Under the pieces are notes generated by a model. It ran no database searches. It worked only from the letters and a program-made list of their open reading frames with translations, and was not told the DNA's origin. A DNA stretch of 64,000 bases from NCBI GenBank assembly GCA_963558185.1, contig CAUWFE010000004.1, positions 2,395 to 66,394 on the forward strand, read 5' to 3'. This stretch comes from an uncultured Clostridia bacterium (GTDB lineage Bacteria; Bacillota; Clostridia; TANB77; CAG-508). Positions within the stretch are counted from its first letter, which is position 1. Each line of letters starts with the position of its first letter. A program made the position numbers and the translations under genes. Shown in pieces: positions 39,701-49,364 of this stretch.

Positions 39701-42700
39701 TCAGAATAGAATTAATAGGTGAAGCAAATGAAAATTTAGAGAACATAAAGGTAAAACTTGAACAACCTTTAGATTTAGGAATTATAGAGGCAACAACAAA
39801 TACAGAAGGTTTAGCAAATATAGATAAAATACAATATCCAGGAGAGGGAGAATTTTCATATATAATAAAGGGTGATTCAAATAATATATACGAATTCCCA
39901 GATGTAAAATTACCAGTTACATTTAAAAATAAATTAATAAAATCAGTTAAGCAATATGAAAATGCACAAGTAATAAAAGAAGAAAATGATGAAGAAGTAA
40001 TACATACATTACATGTAAAAATAAAAGCAAAATTAAAAGAAGAATATAAAATTACTCAACAATTTAAAATTAAGAAAGAAAATTTACAAGCTGAGTTATT
40101 ACCTGGAATTATGTATAGAGTTACTATAAAATCAGATAATTTTGTAAAAACAATAAAAACACAAACAGATAAAAATGGAGAAATTTCTGTTCCACTATGG
40201 AATAGTGAAAAATTAGAAATAACAGTAAAGGAATTAAAAACATTAGAAGGATATAAATTGGATCCTACTGAAAAGAAAATTGTTTTAGTAAAAGGTGAGA
40301 ATAATCAATATAATATTAATACAGAAGAAAGTGCAAAAAATGTAACTAAAGATGAAGTAACAGGAGATATAATTTTAAAAGAAATAAATGAAAAAAAGGC
40401 AGAATCTATTGAAAAAGCTAATATATGTTTCTTTTTAACAAAAAAAGATAAATTGGGAAATCTTTTAGGAAATACTGAATTTAAATTAAGAGCAGAATAT
40501 GGAGATAATAGAAGTAAAGAATATATACTAAAAACAGATGAAAATGGATATGTAGAATTGCATGATTTTAAAGTTAAAGAATTAGGCAAATATACATTCT
40601 ATATACAAGAGCTATCACCAGTACCAGGATATGAAATTATATCTGAACCTATACAATTACGAGTTGATTATGAACAAAATGATAAGGGAGAAATAAAAAC
40701 AAGCACAATATTAGTGGAAAAAGGATATAGAGACATAGAATACAAAAGATGTGATGAATACGAAACAGATGAAAATTATCAATTAGATGTACATATGACA
40801 ATTATTGACAAATTTAAAAAGCCAAATTATAAAATTGAATTTGAAAAAATAGGTGCGAAAAATGAAATTTTAACAAAAACTGAATTTGAAGTTATATTAA
40901 AATATGATAATGGAGGATCAGTAAAAACAAAAGGAAATGCAAAGGAAATAGCACAATTCTTTAGTAATTTAAATATTCCTAACGGAAATATAGAAGTTAA
41001 AATAATAGAAACAAAAGCAGAGCCAGGTTATCAATTAGACTCTACACCAAAAGTAGGAATATTAAAAAATACTGGTAAAGGCTTAGAAATTGTAGAAGAT
41101 AAAAGTAATATTTTTAAAGAAGATAATAAAAATATAAAAATTCAAATACAAAATAGCCTTATAAATAGTAATGGTGATGGAAGTAATATAACAGATGTAG
41201 AAGATACTTATTTTGCACTAGAAGTAATTAATGAAAATATCCATAATGATAAAGCAAGTATTATTGGCTCTAAATTTAATGCCAAACTAATTCAAAATGG
41301 AACTATTATAATGAATAGAACTAGAGGAATCGGAAATATTGGAAACAAATCAATATTTGAATATATATTTGCATCAGGAGATTTGAAATTTGAAATAACA
41401 CAAACTAAAGCACCATTACATCATAAAATAAATAATAAAACATATGTAGTTTCATTTAATAGAGATAAAAATACAGAAAAAATAGTAATAGATGAAAAAA
41501 ATACAGATGAAGAATTAGAAGTAGAAATAGATGAAGTTAATCATAAAATTATTGTAACAATAAAAAATGAATTAGCATATTTAACAATGGGAATTATAAC
41601 AGTAGATAAAACTGACACATCACTTAGACTAGCAAATGCAGGTTTTTATGTTAGTAAATATCGCGATCCAAGCAGTGAGGATTACAAGACCTATGGATAT
41701 GGAGTAACAGATAATACAGGAACAGTTATGATACCAATGTATACATATATAACAAATGGATCTGCTATATATGAAGTAAATCAAAAAAAGGCTCCAACAG
41801 GATATTATGCACAAGAAGAAATTGGACTTAATATAACAACAGATAAAGAAGGAAACATAACAAATGCAAAATTACACCAAGATGATATTTATCTTCCAGG
41901 TGAATGTAAGATAAATAAAATAGAAGGAAACTATATTGAAATTATAGTTGAAAATGAAAGAAAACCTGAGCCAACATACAAAGTAATTATTGAGCCATAT
42001 AATAAATATAATCCTATAATATCAATAGATGATGTAAAATTTGATGTAGAAATAAAACAAGAAATAGGAACAAATTTAAGAACAATTGCAACATCATCAG
42101 AAGGAAATGCTACAATAAATGGATTAACTGGTCAAGGTGAAATACAAATAAATCTACAAGAAATAAGTATTCCTAATCAATATTTATTAGATACACAAAT
42201 AAGAACAGTATTTGTAAATAGAGAGATTAAACAACAAGTTAGTTCACAAGGGGGAAATGTATATTATAAAAAATTACAACTTTCAGATAAAACTGATAAA
42301 AATGTAGAAGTAACTGTAAATAATACAAAACAAGAAATATGTATTAGAATTCCATGTATTCCTAAAGCAGGTATTGAAATAAATAAAGTAGGAAGTGTAG
42401 ATAATGACATAAAATTAGAAAAAGTAGAATTCGGAATTTACAAAGGGAAACAACTTGTAGGAAATTTAAATACAGATAATAGAGGAAGAGCATTTTTCTC
42501 ATTTGGAAGTATTATACCAAACTCAACAGAAGTATATACAATAAAAGAAGTAAAAACTCAAGACGGATATAAACTTCTTCCAGAAGATATAGAAATAACT
42601 GTAATATATGATTCAAAAGGAAATGTGCAAGAAGCATATATAACGAAAGGAAAAGAATATGCTAGTGTACAAAAGTATAATAATCAGCCAAATATAAAAT

Positions 42701-45700
42701 TAACAATAGAAAATAAAGAAGAAGAAGGAAACGGCTCTGGAGATGACCATAAAAGAAAAGATATAACATTAAAAATTGAAAAGCAAACTACAGAGAACAA
42801 AAACATAAAAGTTGAAGGAGTTACTTTCCAAATAAGAGCAGAATCAGAAGATGGAAAAGTACTTAATGCAATAAAAAAGACAGATAAAAAAGGAGAAATA
42901 AATTTAAATAGGATTCCTGGAAAAGGCAAAATAAAAATAACATTAAAAGAAATTGCAACAAACGATAATTATACTTTAGATGAAAAAGAAAGAGTAATTA
43001 TATTAGTAAGAGAAAAGAATGAAGATGGAGAAGAGGAAGTAAAATTTATTGCAGAAGAAAGTGCAAAAGATATAAATATATATTTTGATGATAATGCATG
43101 GGAATTAGGAGTAAGAATTCCAAATGAAATTTCTGATAGAGTAATAGGATTTGCAATATTTAAGGAAGATAGCGAAGATGAATTAAAACTATTAAAAGCA
43201 AGTTTTAAAATAAAGGATAAAGAAACAAATACAGAGTATGATGTATTGGCAGATGGAGGTGAAGGAGGATTAATAGGATTACCATTAAAAGATAAAGGAA
43301 CATATCAATATGAAATTACAGAAATTCAGCAACCAAATGGATATCAAAAAATAAATGACCCTATTATTTTGCAAGTAACATATAGGCAACTAGGAGAAAT
43401 AGAAAAAGCAGAAATAATAAAAGGTGGAGAAATTTGTAGAATTGATAATCAAACAGATAATTATATAGAACTACATATAAAAAATGTCCCAAGTGACAGT
43501 GAAATATTACCATATGATATAAAAGTAGTAAAAGTGGATATTGATGATATAGAAATAACATTACCAGGAGCTGAATTAGATATACAAGTAAAAAATGAAA
43601 TTGGTATGACTAACTTAAGTAAACAAGCAATTACAGATCAAAATGGTGAAATATGGATTAAAAATATAAAAGGTAGTGGAAAGATTAATATAGATATTGA
43701 AGAAATTGTTCCTCCACCAGGAAGAAAATTTGATACTAAGCCAAAACAAGTAGAAATAAACTGTGATCAAGAAACAGGAAGATTAAAGCTTGTAGATTCA
43801 ACAAATGTAGATACAATTATAGATAATAATAAAAGATTAGTAACAGTACTTGTAAGAAATGAATTAGGAGACGGTCTTTATGAAATAGTATTAAATAAAA
43901 AAGACAAAAATAATTCAAATATAAGTTTGCAAAATGTTCATATGAAAGTAAAAATGCCGGGAGAAAAAGTTGCAAGAGAATTAGTTACTGATGTAAAAGG
44001 AAGAATAGTAATAGCAAACTTAATAATGCCAACTGCTGGAGAGTATGAATATATTGTAGAAGAAATAAAAACTCAAGATGGATATAAATTAATAGATAAA
44101 CCAATGAAATTTAAAATACAATTTGCTAATAAAAATGGTAAAACTTATATACAAAGTGTAAAAAAAGTGACTGATTCTAATAATGTTGAAGTATCAAAGG
44201 TATCTGATAATTGTGTATTAGTAAATGTTTTAAATGAACACAGGGAAAATTTACCTACTGAAAATTTATATAAAATTAAACTAAAAAAAGTAGATAAAGA
44301 AAAAACAAATATAGGAATAAGCAATGTAAAAATTAAAATATCAATTAAACAAAATGATGGACAATCAAAACAAGCAGTTGTCTATACAGATGCAAATGGA
44401 GAAATACTGTTAGATAATTTAGTTATAACAGACAATGGAAAGATTATAATTGAAGAAATTGAAACACCTAAAGGATATGACTTGGATTCTACTCCAAAAG
44501 AAATTCAATATATTATTAAAAATGGAAAAATTGTATTAACTAAAATTGATGATAGTATAATAGCAAATACAAGTGGTTCACAAGTAGACATTACCGTAAA
44601 AAATAATGCAAACGGAGAAACTACAGATTTACATCCAGAAAAATTTGTAAGTAAAATAAATAATCAAGAGGTAAGCGGAACTGAACCTACTATAATAAAA
44701 CAACCAGATGGAAGTATTGTATATCAAAGTAGTAATATAATCCATAATGTTAAGTATAATGATATTATTGAATATACAATAAGAATATACAATAGTGGAT
44801 TAGAAAGTGGATACGCAGGTTATATATTTGATAAAGTTCCAGACGGATTAAAATTTATAGAAGATAACGAAATAAACAAACAATATAAATGGGAAAAAGT
44901 AGATGGAGGATACAAAACAACAATATTAGCTAGTGGCAAAGAAAATGAAATACAAGGATATGACAAAAATACTATGCAACAACCAGATTACAAAGAAGTA
45001 AAAATTGTATTTCAAGTAATTGAAAAGATTGAAACTCAAAATCCTTCAACGAAAAACATTGTAATTGTGGGAAAAAATGAAGAAGAACAAAAAGAACCAG
45101 GAAGATATGAAGAAGACAATGAAAGTGACAGTGAGGTAAATGTACAATATGTAAAATTAGAAACTAATAAATATGTTACATCTGTTAAACTAAATGGTGA
45201 AGACAAAAAAGTGGATATACAGAAAACAGAATCAGGAGATATTTATAAAATTGAGATTGTAGGAAGAAAAATAAAGAATTCTACAGTAATTGTACAATAT
45301 CAAATAGAAGTTTCTAATAAAGGAACAAAAGAAGGAATGGTAAATGAAATTAAAGATTATATTCCAGAGAACATGGTATTCTTAGAAAAAGAAAATCCAG
45401 GCTGGATAAAAAAAGAAAATTATGTATATATTCCAATTAATCAAACATTAAAACCAGGAGAAAAACTTACTAGAACAATTACATTACGTTGGTATGGAAA
45501 TAAAAATGAAATGGGACTTATTTCTAATATGGCAATTACAAATGGAGAAGAAAATATAAGTCCAAACCAACAAGATAAAGCAGATATAACAATATCAGTA
45601 AAAACAGGTATTATTACCAATATAGTATTAGTAATAATAGCATTAGTAATAATCAGTGGAGGAACGTACTTTATTAAAAAATATGTTATAGTAAATGAAG

Positions 45701-45714
45701 ATAAACAAAAGTAG
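36730..45714 (+). CDS. Giant (2994 aa) cell-surface protein: signal/anchor, LamG/DUF1080-like N-terminal module, about 18 SpaA/Cna-B (prealbumin-fold)-like repeats, DUF11-like repeats and a C-terminal sorting-signal-like anchor
   Basis: AAGGAG RBS and a hydrophobic N-terminus. The jelly-roll-like WSKYHILAKGNNIKVYQNDNLIIDYTDP.. module comes first. Many repeats follow the pattern ..F.I......TDENG.......G.Y.I.E...P.GY.L... Near the end are DUF11-like IEYTIRIYNSGLESGYAGYIFDKVPDGLKFI. The C-terminus is SVKTG, then 20 hydrophobic residues, then KKY. Confidence 0.85.
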   Translation: MKKTRILFCIIIISILIFIIGGTIVNSMQVVSLQTRQQPVIDIVLTKNKSKVDISNFEKDLKAELEKQNIDPEKVNVQEIQTEDFSSNSADAADILNNWGRVGYPGDWHYSGNEVINRENTNDLTGFYYPDNFGFDDIDFSYENMSDNSDDDIMGSMFRFNVNENGTVTTYLLLLNKRDNSGGFNYENGLYKITNNQFSLSNLQLLQKTNATWTRNTWSKYHILAKGNNIKVYQNDNLIIDYTDPDPIYTGSYGIFSCSQPYARYRNIGLTVTNYKNFLEVLQQAKWKDDALRLIVNVEDKINKDLEDEGVLSQAISRFLSQDIHYVGWGTSENAEQIQNIVNKNDNKGTFIENINYEQAIQETVKYIKSLLESYPTNQNLIINEPIDMQVTPENLKNNTINAAYPNGRWKAIHNENFYENSNGKYINSGNFQDAIMEEFENVGKYDIYFENQLIKELYLHRRPIAIITSKIENGKITLSSEKSYDLDRQSAYNGISEEKWFYKKVEDKEWTEGKLETIQEGENYLVKLIVKDHQDTWSKDAVQYISTSATKPIAQFEVVKSEITVYENLQLIDTSYDPVGKAIVEHNWKLYKGKDEIYSGQEAPVNYQQYGEGTYRIVLKVKNVDGLESDAFEREITVQEDKIAPKVHVEPSEQRNMHENISVNLSFIDIGGSGFKSYKYAITNDKNANVEYSDWINNINDTIKINQSGANYLHIKTVDNAGNESEDLVFGPYTIEEERIPIQINAVDKEDNSVKLGGLQFEIVEPKVNEQEEDKRINYETDENGKADGLIDVMKTNGKYTYILKEVNTPSSYNSIGETSLTVDIQNGKIVFINSSNPNVQAEITADYKINIICKYAKVEKPFYNFVIHTIDKNSESIKVKDAKYNVEVYSNNSEIIKKELVTNQDGIAQIDKLAGSGEISFVINQIATNNGYKIQGNEIVVTINRDKNTNKISGVANKTSKNAEVYIDNKRQEISLVIANDKKVEKNAIRIELIGEANENLENIKVKLEQPLDLGIIEATTNTEGLANIDKIQYPGEGEFSYIIKGDSNNIYEFPDVKLPVTFKNKLIKSVKQYENAQVIKEENDEEVIHTLHVKIKAKLKEEYKITQQFKIKKENLQAELLPGIMYRVTIKSDNFVKTIKTQTDKNGEISVPLWNSEKLEITVKELKTLEGYKLDPTEKKIVLVKGENNQYNINTEESAKNVTKDEVTGDIILKEINEKKAESIEKANICFFLTKKDKLGNLLGNTEFKLRAEYGDNRSKEYILKTDENGYVELHDFKVKELGKYTFYIQELSPVPGYEIISEPIQLRVDYEQNDKGEIKTSTILVEKGYRDIEYKRCDEYETDENYQLDVHMTIIDKFKKPNYKIEFEKIGAKNEILTKTEFEVILKYDNGGSVKTKGNAKEIAQFFSNLNIPNGNIEVKIIETKAEPGYQLDSTPKVGILKNTGKGLEIVEDKSNIFKEDNKNIKIQIQNSLINSNGDGSNITDVEDTYFALEVINENIHNDKASIIGSKFNAKLIQNGTIIMNRTRGIGNIGNKSIFEYIFASGDLKFEITQTKAPLHHKINNKTYVVSFNRDKNTEKIVIDEKNTDEELEVEIDEVNHKIIVTIKNELAYLTMGIITVDKTDTSLRLANAGFYVSKYRDPSSEDYKTYGYGVTDNTGTVMIPMYTYITNGSAIYEVNQKKAPTGYYAQEEIGLNITTDKEGNITNAKLHQDDIYLPGECKINKIEGNYIEIIVENERKPEPTYKVIIEPYNKYNPIISIDDVKFDVEIKQEIGTNLRTIATSSEGNATINGLTGQGEIQINLQEISIPNQYLLDTQIRTVFVNREIKQQVSSQGGNVYYKKLQLSDKTDKNVEVTVNNTKQEICIRIPCIPKAGIEINKVGSVDNDIKLEKVEFGIYKGKQLVGNLNTDNRGRAFFSFGSIIPNSTEVYTIKEVKTQDGYKLLPEDIEITVIYDSKGNVQEAYITKGKEYASVQKYNNQPNIKLTIENKEEEGNGSGDDHKRKDITLKIEKQTTENKNIKVEGVTFQIRAESEDGKVLNAIKKTDKKGEINLNRIPGKGKIKITLKEIATNDNYTLDEKERVIILVREKNEDGEEEVKFIAEESAKDINIYFDDNAWELGVRIPNEISDRVIGFAIFKEDSEDELKLLKASFKIKDKETNTEYDVLADGGEGGLIGLPLKDKGTYQYEITEIQQPNGYQKINDPIILQVTYRQLGEIEKAEIIKGGEICRIDNQTDNYIELHIKNVPSDSEILPYDIKVVKVDIDDIEITLPGAELDIQVKNEIGMTNLSKQAITDQNGEIWIKNIKGSGKINIDIEEIVPPPGRKFDTKPKQVEINCDQETGRLKLVDSTNVDTIIDNNKRLVTVLVRNELGDGLYEIVLNKKDKNNSNISLQNVHMKVKMPGEKVARELVTDVKGRIVIANLIMPTAGEYEYIVEEIKTQDGYKLIDKPMKFKIQFANKNGKTYIQSVKKVTDSNNVEVSKVSDNCVLVNVLNEHRENLPTENLYKIKLKKVDKEKTNIGISNVKIKISIKQNDGQSKQAVVYTDANGEILLDNLVITDNGKIIIEEIETPKGYDLDSTPKEIQYIIKNGKIVLTKIDDSIIANTSGSQVDITVKNNANGETTDLHPEKFVSKINNQEVSGTEPTIIKQPDGSIVYQSSNIIHNVKYNDIIEYTIRIYNSGLESGYAGYIFDKVPDGLKFIEDNEINKQYKWEKVDGGYKTTILASGKENEIQGYDKNTMQQPDYKEVKIVFQVIEKIETQNPSTKNIVIVGKNEEEQKEPGRYEEDNESDSEVNVQYVKLETNKYVTSVKLNGEDKKVDIQKTESGDIYKIEIVGRKIKNSTVIVQYQIEVSNKGTKEGMVNEIKDYIPENMVFLEKENPGWIKKENYVYIPINQTLKPGEKLTRTITLRWYGNKNEMGLISNMAITNGEENISPNQQDKADITISVKTGIITNIVLVIIALVIISGGTYFIKKYVIVNEDKQK

Positions 45715-45725
45715 AATATAATACA

Positions 45726-45772
45726 TAAAAAACCTTAAAGCAAACATAATGTTATGCTTTAAGGTTTTTTTA
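45726..45772. terminator. Bidirectional rho-independent terminator between convergent genes
   Basis: aaccttaaagca (45731-45742) pairs with tgctttaaggtt (45755-45766). It is flanked by an A-run upstream and a T-run downstream, so it can serve both the 36730 gene and the minus-strand PBP gene. Confidence 0.75.
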
Positions 45773-45848
45773 TGTACTAGATAATTATGCTGTTACTGAG
45801 ATTTTTTTAAAATTTGCATTTACTAGAAAATATTTTAGATATGCTTTA

Positions 45849-48254
45849 TTAATGTGCATCTTCTGAATATGGTTGTAATTTAACACTAATTACTGTACCT
45901 TCTTCAACAGAAGTACCAGCCATAGGCTCTTGACTAACTACTTGCCCTGTACCAGAAGCATGTATATTTAAATTTTTAGCTTTTAATAAACTAATAGCAG
46001 AAGATAATGACTTACCTTTTAAATTTGGAACTTCTTGAGATATTCTAGCTTCATTTCCAGAAGTATATATACATATTGTAGAACCAGAAATTAATGCTGT
46101 ACCAAGTTTTGGAACTTGATCTGTAATAATGCTATTTGTATCAGAGCTAGAAACTTTACAAGAAAAGCCAGCGTCTTCTAAAATCTTCTTGGCCTCAGCT
46201 ACAGTTTTATTTCGTACATCAGGAACTGAAATAGTAGATGTAGAATTTGTATTAGTAGGCTCAGCTGTATCTGAAGGAATACCTAAATAAGGTAAAACTT
46301 CTGTTAAAATTTGAGAAACAACAGGACCAGCAATTTGACCACCCATATGTTTTTCTCCTTGAGGATTATATAAAACAACTAAAACTACAACTTCAGGATT
46401 TTGAGAAGGTGCGATTCCTACAAATGATGCAACATAACCATCTTCAGGACTATCTGGATTAGGTTCAGAAGTACCAGTTTTCCCAGCAATAGTGTACCCA
46501 GAAACAGAACCATAAGAACCACCACCATCAGAAACTACAGATTCTAACATATTAATTAATTGGTCACATGTTTCTTTAGAAACCACTTGTCTTACTTCTT
46601 TTGGCTCAACGGTAGTAATATTACCAGTATCAACATCTTTAAGCTGAGTTACAATACGAGGTTGCATTAAAATACCATCATTTGCAATTGAGGAAACTGC
46701 AGTTATTAATTGAATAGGTGTTATAGTAAATCTTTGACCAAAAGACATTGTAGCAAGTTCAATAGGACCAACATTTTCTAAATTCCAATAATAACTAGAA
46801 GATTCACCTGTTGTTTGTATATTTGTTCTATCAAATAATCCAAATGCATCGTAGTATTTATATAAAGTTTCAGAACCAATTCTTTGACCTAATTGAATCA
46901 TACCAGGGTTACAAGAATTCATTAAAACTTGTCTCATAGTTTCATTACCATGACCATTATTGCTTTGACGCCAACAATGAATTTTAGTACCTGCAACAGT
47001 TTCATAGCCAATACAAGAAAAGTCATTAGGCGTATCAGGTTCTACAATATTTTCTTCTAAACCAATAGCTGCATTAATAACTTTATAAGTCGAACCAGGT
47101 TCATAGCGATGTGATATAGCTTTATTTCCCCACATTTGATTTAGAGCAGTATTTTTCTGAGAGCTATTCATTGTACTCCATTTAGCTTGTAAAGTCTCAT
47201 TAGGCTCAAATGGTGTGTTTAAATTATAATCAGGATAACTAGCCATAGCAAGAACATCACCTGTAGAAGGTTTCATTATAATAACATTTCCACCATCTTT
47301 ACAGTCATTTTCTATTACAGCTTGTTTCAAATATTTTTCAGCAATAGATTGAATATTATAGTCAATACTTAAAGTTATATCACTACCATTTTGTGCTGAA
47401 ATATAAGTAGAATCTTTATCTGGAACTAAATCATAAGCAACATCAGTAGTAGAAACAATTTTACCAGGTGTACCAGCAAGTACATCATCCCAATATGATT
47501 CTATTCCCCATAAACCTTGACCATCAGTACCACAAAATCCAATTAAGTTAGAAGCTAAGTTATTATAAGGGTAATATCTTTTGGTATCTGGATCAATATT
47601 TATACCCACTGAAATTTCAGTTTCTTTCATCCAATTTTTTAAATTATCTATCTTATCTTTTTCAACCTTTTTAGCAATAATTTCTGTATCACTAGTACTA
47701 TCTAATTGTTTACGAACATTAGTAACATCTAATGTAAATATGTCAGCAAAGGCTTGAGCAATCTTATCTTTTTTTGCATTTGTCTCAACTTCATTTATTG
47801 TTCCATCATCATTTGTAACATTTAACCTCTTAGGATTAATTGAAACAGTATCCACATTAGCACTAATGGCAAGAGCTTTTCCAGTAGAATCATAAATTGC
47901 GCCTCTTTGAGAAGGAATTGTTCGATTAGTTGTTTGTTGCCTATTTGCAGATTCTTTTAAAGTAGCGCCATCAACAAACTGAATAAATATAAGTCTAACT
48001 GCTAATAGAAAAAACACTAATACAAATACTGAAAGATACTTAAATAAAGACTGTGCTTTAATCATATTTTTTTCTTCAGCCATATTACTAATTTTATTAG
48101 AATACCTTTTTTTATTAGAGGATTCAGCATAATAAATTTTATTTAAATTATTATCTATATTAAAATCTTCTGTATTTTTAGGCATTTTTGTAATATTATT
48201 CTTTTTTACAGATTGTTTTTTTATTGTTTTTTTCTTATTATTTTTCTTGTTCAT
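45849..48254 (-). CDS. Class B penicillin-binding protein (SpoVD/PBP2B/FtsI type) with two C-terminal PASTA domains
   Basis: Lys/Asn-rich cytoplasmic N-terminus and a single TM. Transpeptidase motifs STYK, SCN and KTGT. Two PASTA-like repeats (VPDVRNKTVAEAKKILEDAGF..., VPNLKGKSLSSAISLLKAKNL...). Confidence 0.85.
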   Translation of the reverse strand: MNKKNNKKKTIKKQSVKKNNITKMPKNTEDFNIDNNLNKIYYAESSNKKRYSNKISNMAEEKNMIKAQSLFKYLSVFVLVFFLLAVRLIFIQFVDGATLKESANRQQTTNRTIPSQRGAIYDSTGKALAISANVDTVSINPKRLNVTNDDGTINEVETNAKKDKIAQAFADIFTLDVTNVRKQLDSTSDTEIIAKKVEKDKIDNLKNWMKETEISVGINIDPDTKRYYPYNNLASNLIGFCGTDGQGLWGIESYWDDVLAGTPGKIVSTTDVAYDLVPDKDSTYISAQNGSDITLSIDYNIQSIAEKYLKQAVIENDCKDGGNVIIMKPSTGDVLAMASYPDYNLNTPFEPNETLQAKWSTMNSSQKNTALNQMWGNKAISHRYEPGSTYKVINAAIGLEENIVEPDTPNDFSCIGYETVAGTKIHCWRQSNNGHGNETMRQVLMNSCNPGMIQLGQRIGSETLYKYYDAFGLFDRTNIQTTGESSSYYWNLENVGPIELATMSFGQRFTITPIQLITAVSSIANDGILMQPRIVTQLKDVDTGNITTVEPKEVRQVVSKETCDQLINMLESVVSDGGGSYGSVSGYTIAGKTGTSEPNPDSPEDGYVASFVGIAPSQNPEVVVLVVLYNPQGEKHMGGQIAGPVVSQILTEVLPYLGIPSDTAEPTNTNSTSTISVPDVRNKTVAEAKKILEDAGFSCKVSSSDTNSIITDQVPKLGTALISGSTICIYTSGNEARISQEVPNLKGKSLSSAISLLKAKNLNIHASGTGQVVSQEPMAGTSVEEGTVISVKLQPYSEDAH

Positions 48255-48445
48255 TTGTCACCAACTTTTTCTATAGATTAAGGATAAAATATCCACAAAT
48301 TTGATAATAATATTGTATATTATGCAAAGTTAAAAATCAATAGAAAATAAATAAATTTGTAACTGTTTAGTTACTATTTTGTGGATTTTGTAAATAAATC
48401 TAAGGAATGCATTGAAATATTATGGTAAAAAACATAAAAAAATCT

Positions 48446-48484
48446 TACGGAAACATTGACTTTTTAACGATTTCCGTATATTAT
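48446..48484 (+). promoter_or_regulatory. minD promoter bracketed by an 8-bp inverted repeat (candidate operator)
   Basis: TTGACT at 48456-48461, a 17-nt spacer, and TATTAT at 48479-48484. The arms tacggaaa (48446-48453) and tttccgta (48471-48478) flank the -35 and the spacer. Confidence 0.5.
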
Positions 48485-48548
48485 ATATGTATTAAAAATA
48501 TGCATTTTTATAAAAAAATGAACTAAAAAGTTCAAGGAGGAAAAAAGT

Positions 48549-49343
48549 ATGGGAGAGGTTATTGTCATAACATCTGGAAAAGGTGGAGTCGGAAAAACAA
48601 CAACAACAGCAAATCTTGGTTCAGCTTTAGCTTTAAAAGGTAAAAAAGTAGCTTTAGTAGATACAGACATAGGGTTACGTAACTTAGATGTTGTAATGGG
48701 ACTTGAAAATAGAATAGTATATGACATAGTAGATGTAGTAGAAGAAAAATGTAAATTAAGACAAGCTCTAATAAAAGATAAACGTTTTAATGAACTTTTT
48801 TTACTTCCAGCAGCTCAAACAAGAGATAAAAGTGCAGTAAATGAAGAACAAATGAGAGATTTGACAGAAAAATTAAAAGAAGATTTTGATTACATATTAG
48901 TAGATTGCCCAGCAGGTATAGAACAAGGTTTCAAAAATGCTGTTGCAGGTGCAGATAGAGCAATTGTAGTAACAACGGCAGAAATATCTGCAATTCGTGA
49001 TGCTGATAGAATTATAGGATTATTAGAATCTTCAGATATCAAAAATCCAGAATTAGTAGTAAATAGATTAAGACCAAATATGGTAAAAAAAGGCGAAATG
49101 ATGGATGTTGAAGATATAGTAGATTTATTATCTATAGATTTAATAGGAGTAGTTCCAGATGATGAATATATTATTACACAAACTAATAGAGGCGAACCAG
49201 TAGTTTCAAATAGTAAAGCACCTTCTGGAAGATCATATATGGAAATAGCAAGAAGAATTTTAGGAGAAAATGTAGAAGTTACCATTCCTGGTAGAGAAAA
49301 AGGTTTTATGGCAAAAATTAAAAGAATCTTTTCAAAAAAATAG
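48549..49343 (+). CDS. minD: Septum site-determining ATPase MinD
   Basis: Deviant Walker A SGKGGVGKTTTTANL, LVDCPAG, and a C-terminal amphipathic tail (GFMAKIKRIFSKK). Confidence 0.9.
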   Translation: MGEVIVITSGKGGVGKTTTTANLGSALALKGKKVALVDTDIGLRNLDVVMGLENRIVYDIVDVVEEKCKLRQALIKDKRFNELFLLPAAQTRDKSAVNEEQMRDLTEKLKEDFDYILVDCPAGIEQGFKNAVAGADRAIVVTTAEISAIRDADRIIGLLESSDIKNPELVVNRLRPNMVKKGEMMDVEDIVDLLSIDLIGVVPDDEYIITQTNRGEPVVSNSKAPSGRSYMEIARRILGENVEVTIPGREKGFMAKIKRIFSKK

Positions 49344-49364
49344 ACAAAGCGGAGGGAAAATAGG

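Noticed and set aside
6103-45714. CRISPR-like or other non-coding repeat arrays, suggested by the many periodic repeats in the two giant genes.
   Set aside because: All periodicities are in-frame protein-domain repeats of about 250-290 bp with diverged sequence, or the two documented tandem duplications. There are no short direct repeats with unique spacers and no cas genes.
48255-48548. A replication origin suggested by DnaA-box-like sequences near the gdpP-rplI-dnaB neighbourhood.
   Set aside because: There are only two degenerate boxes. There is no box cluster, no adjacent dnaA/dnaN and no obvious AT-rich 13-mer unwinding array. The evidence is insufficient for oriC.
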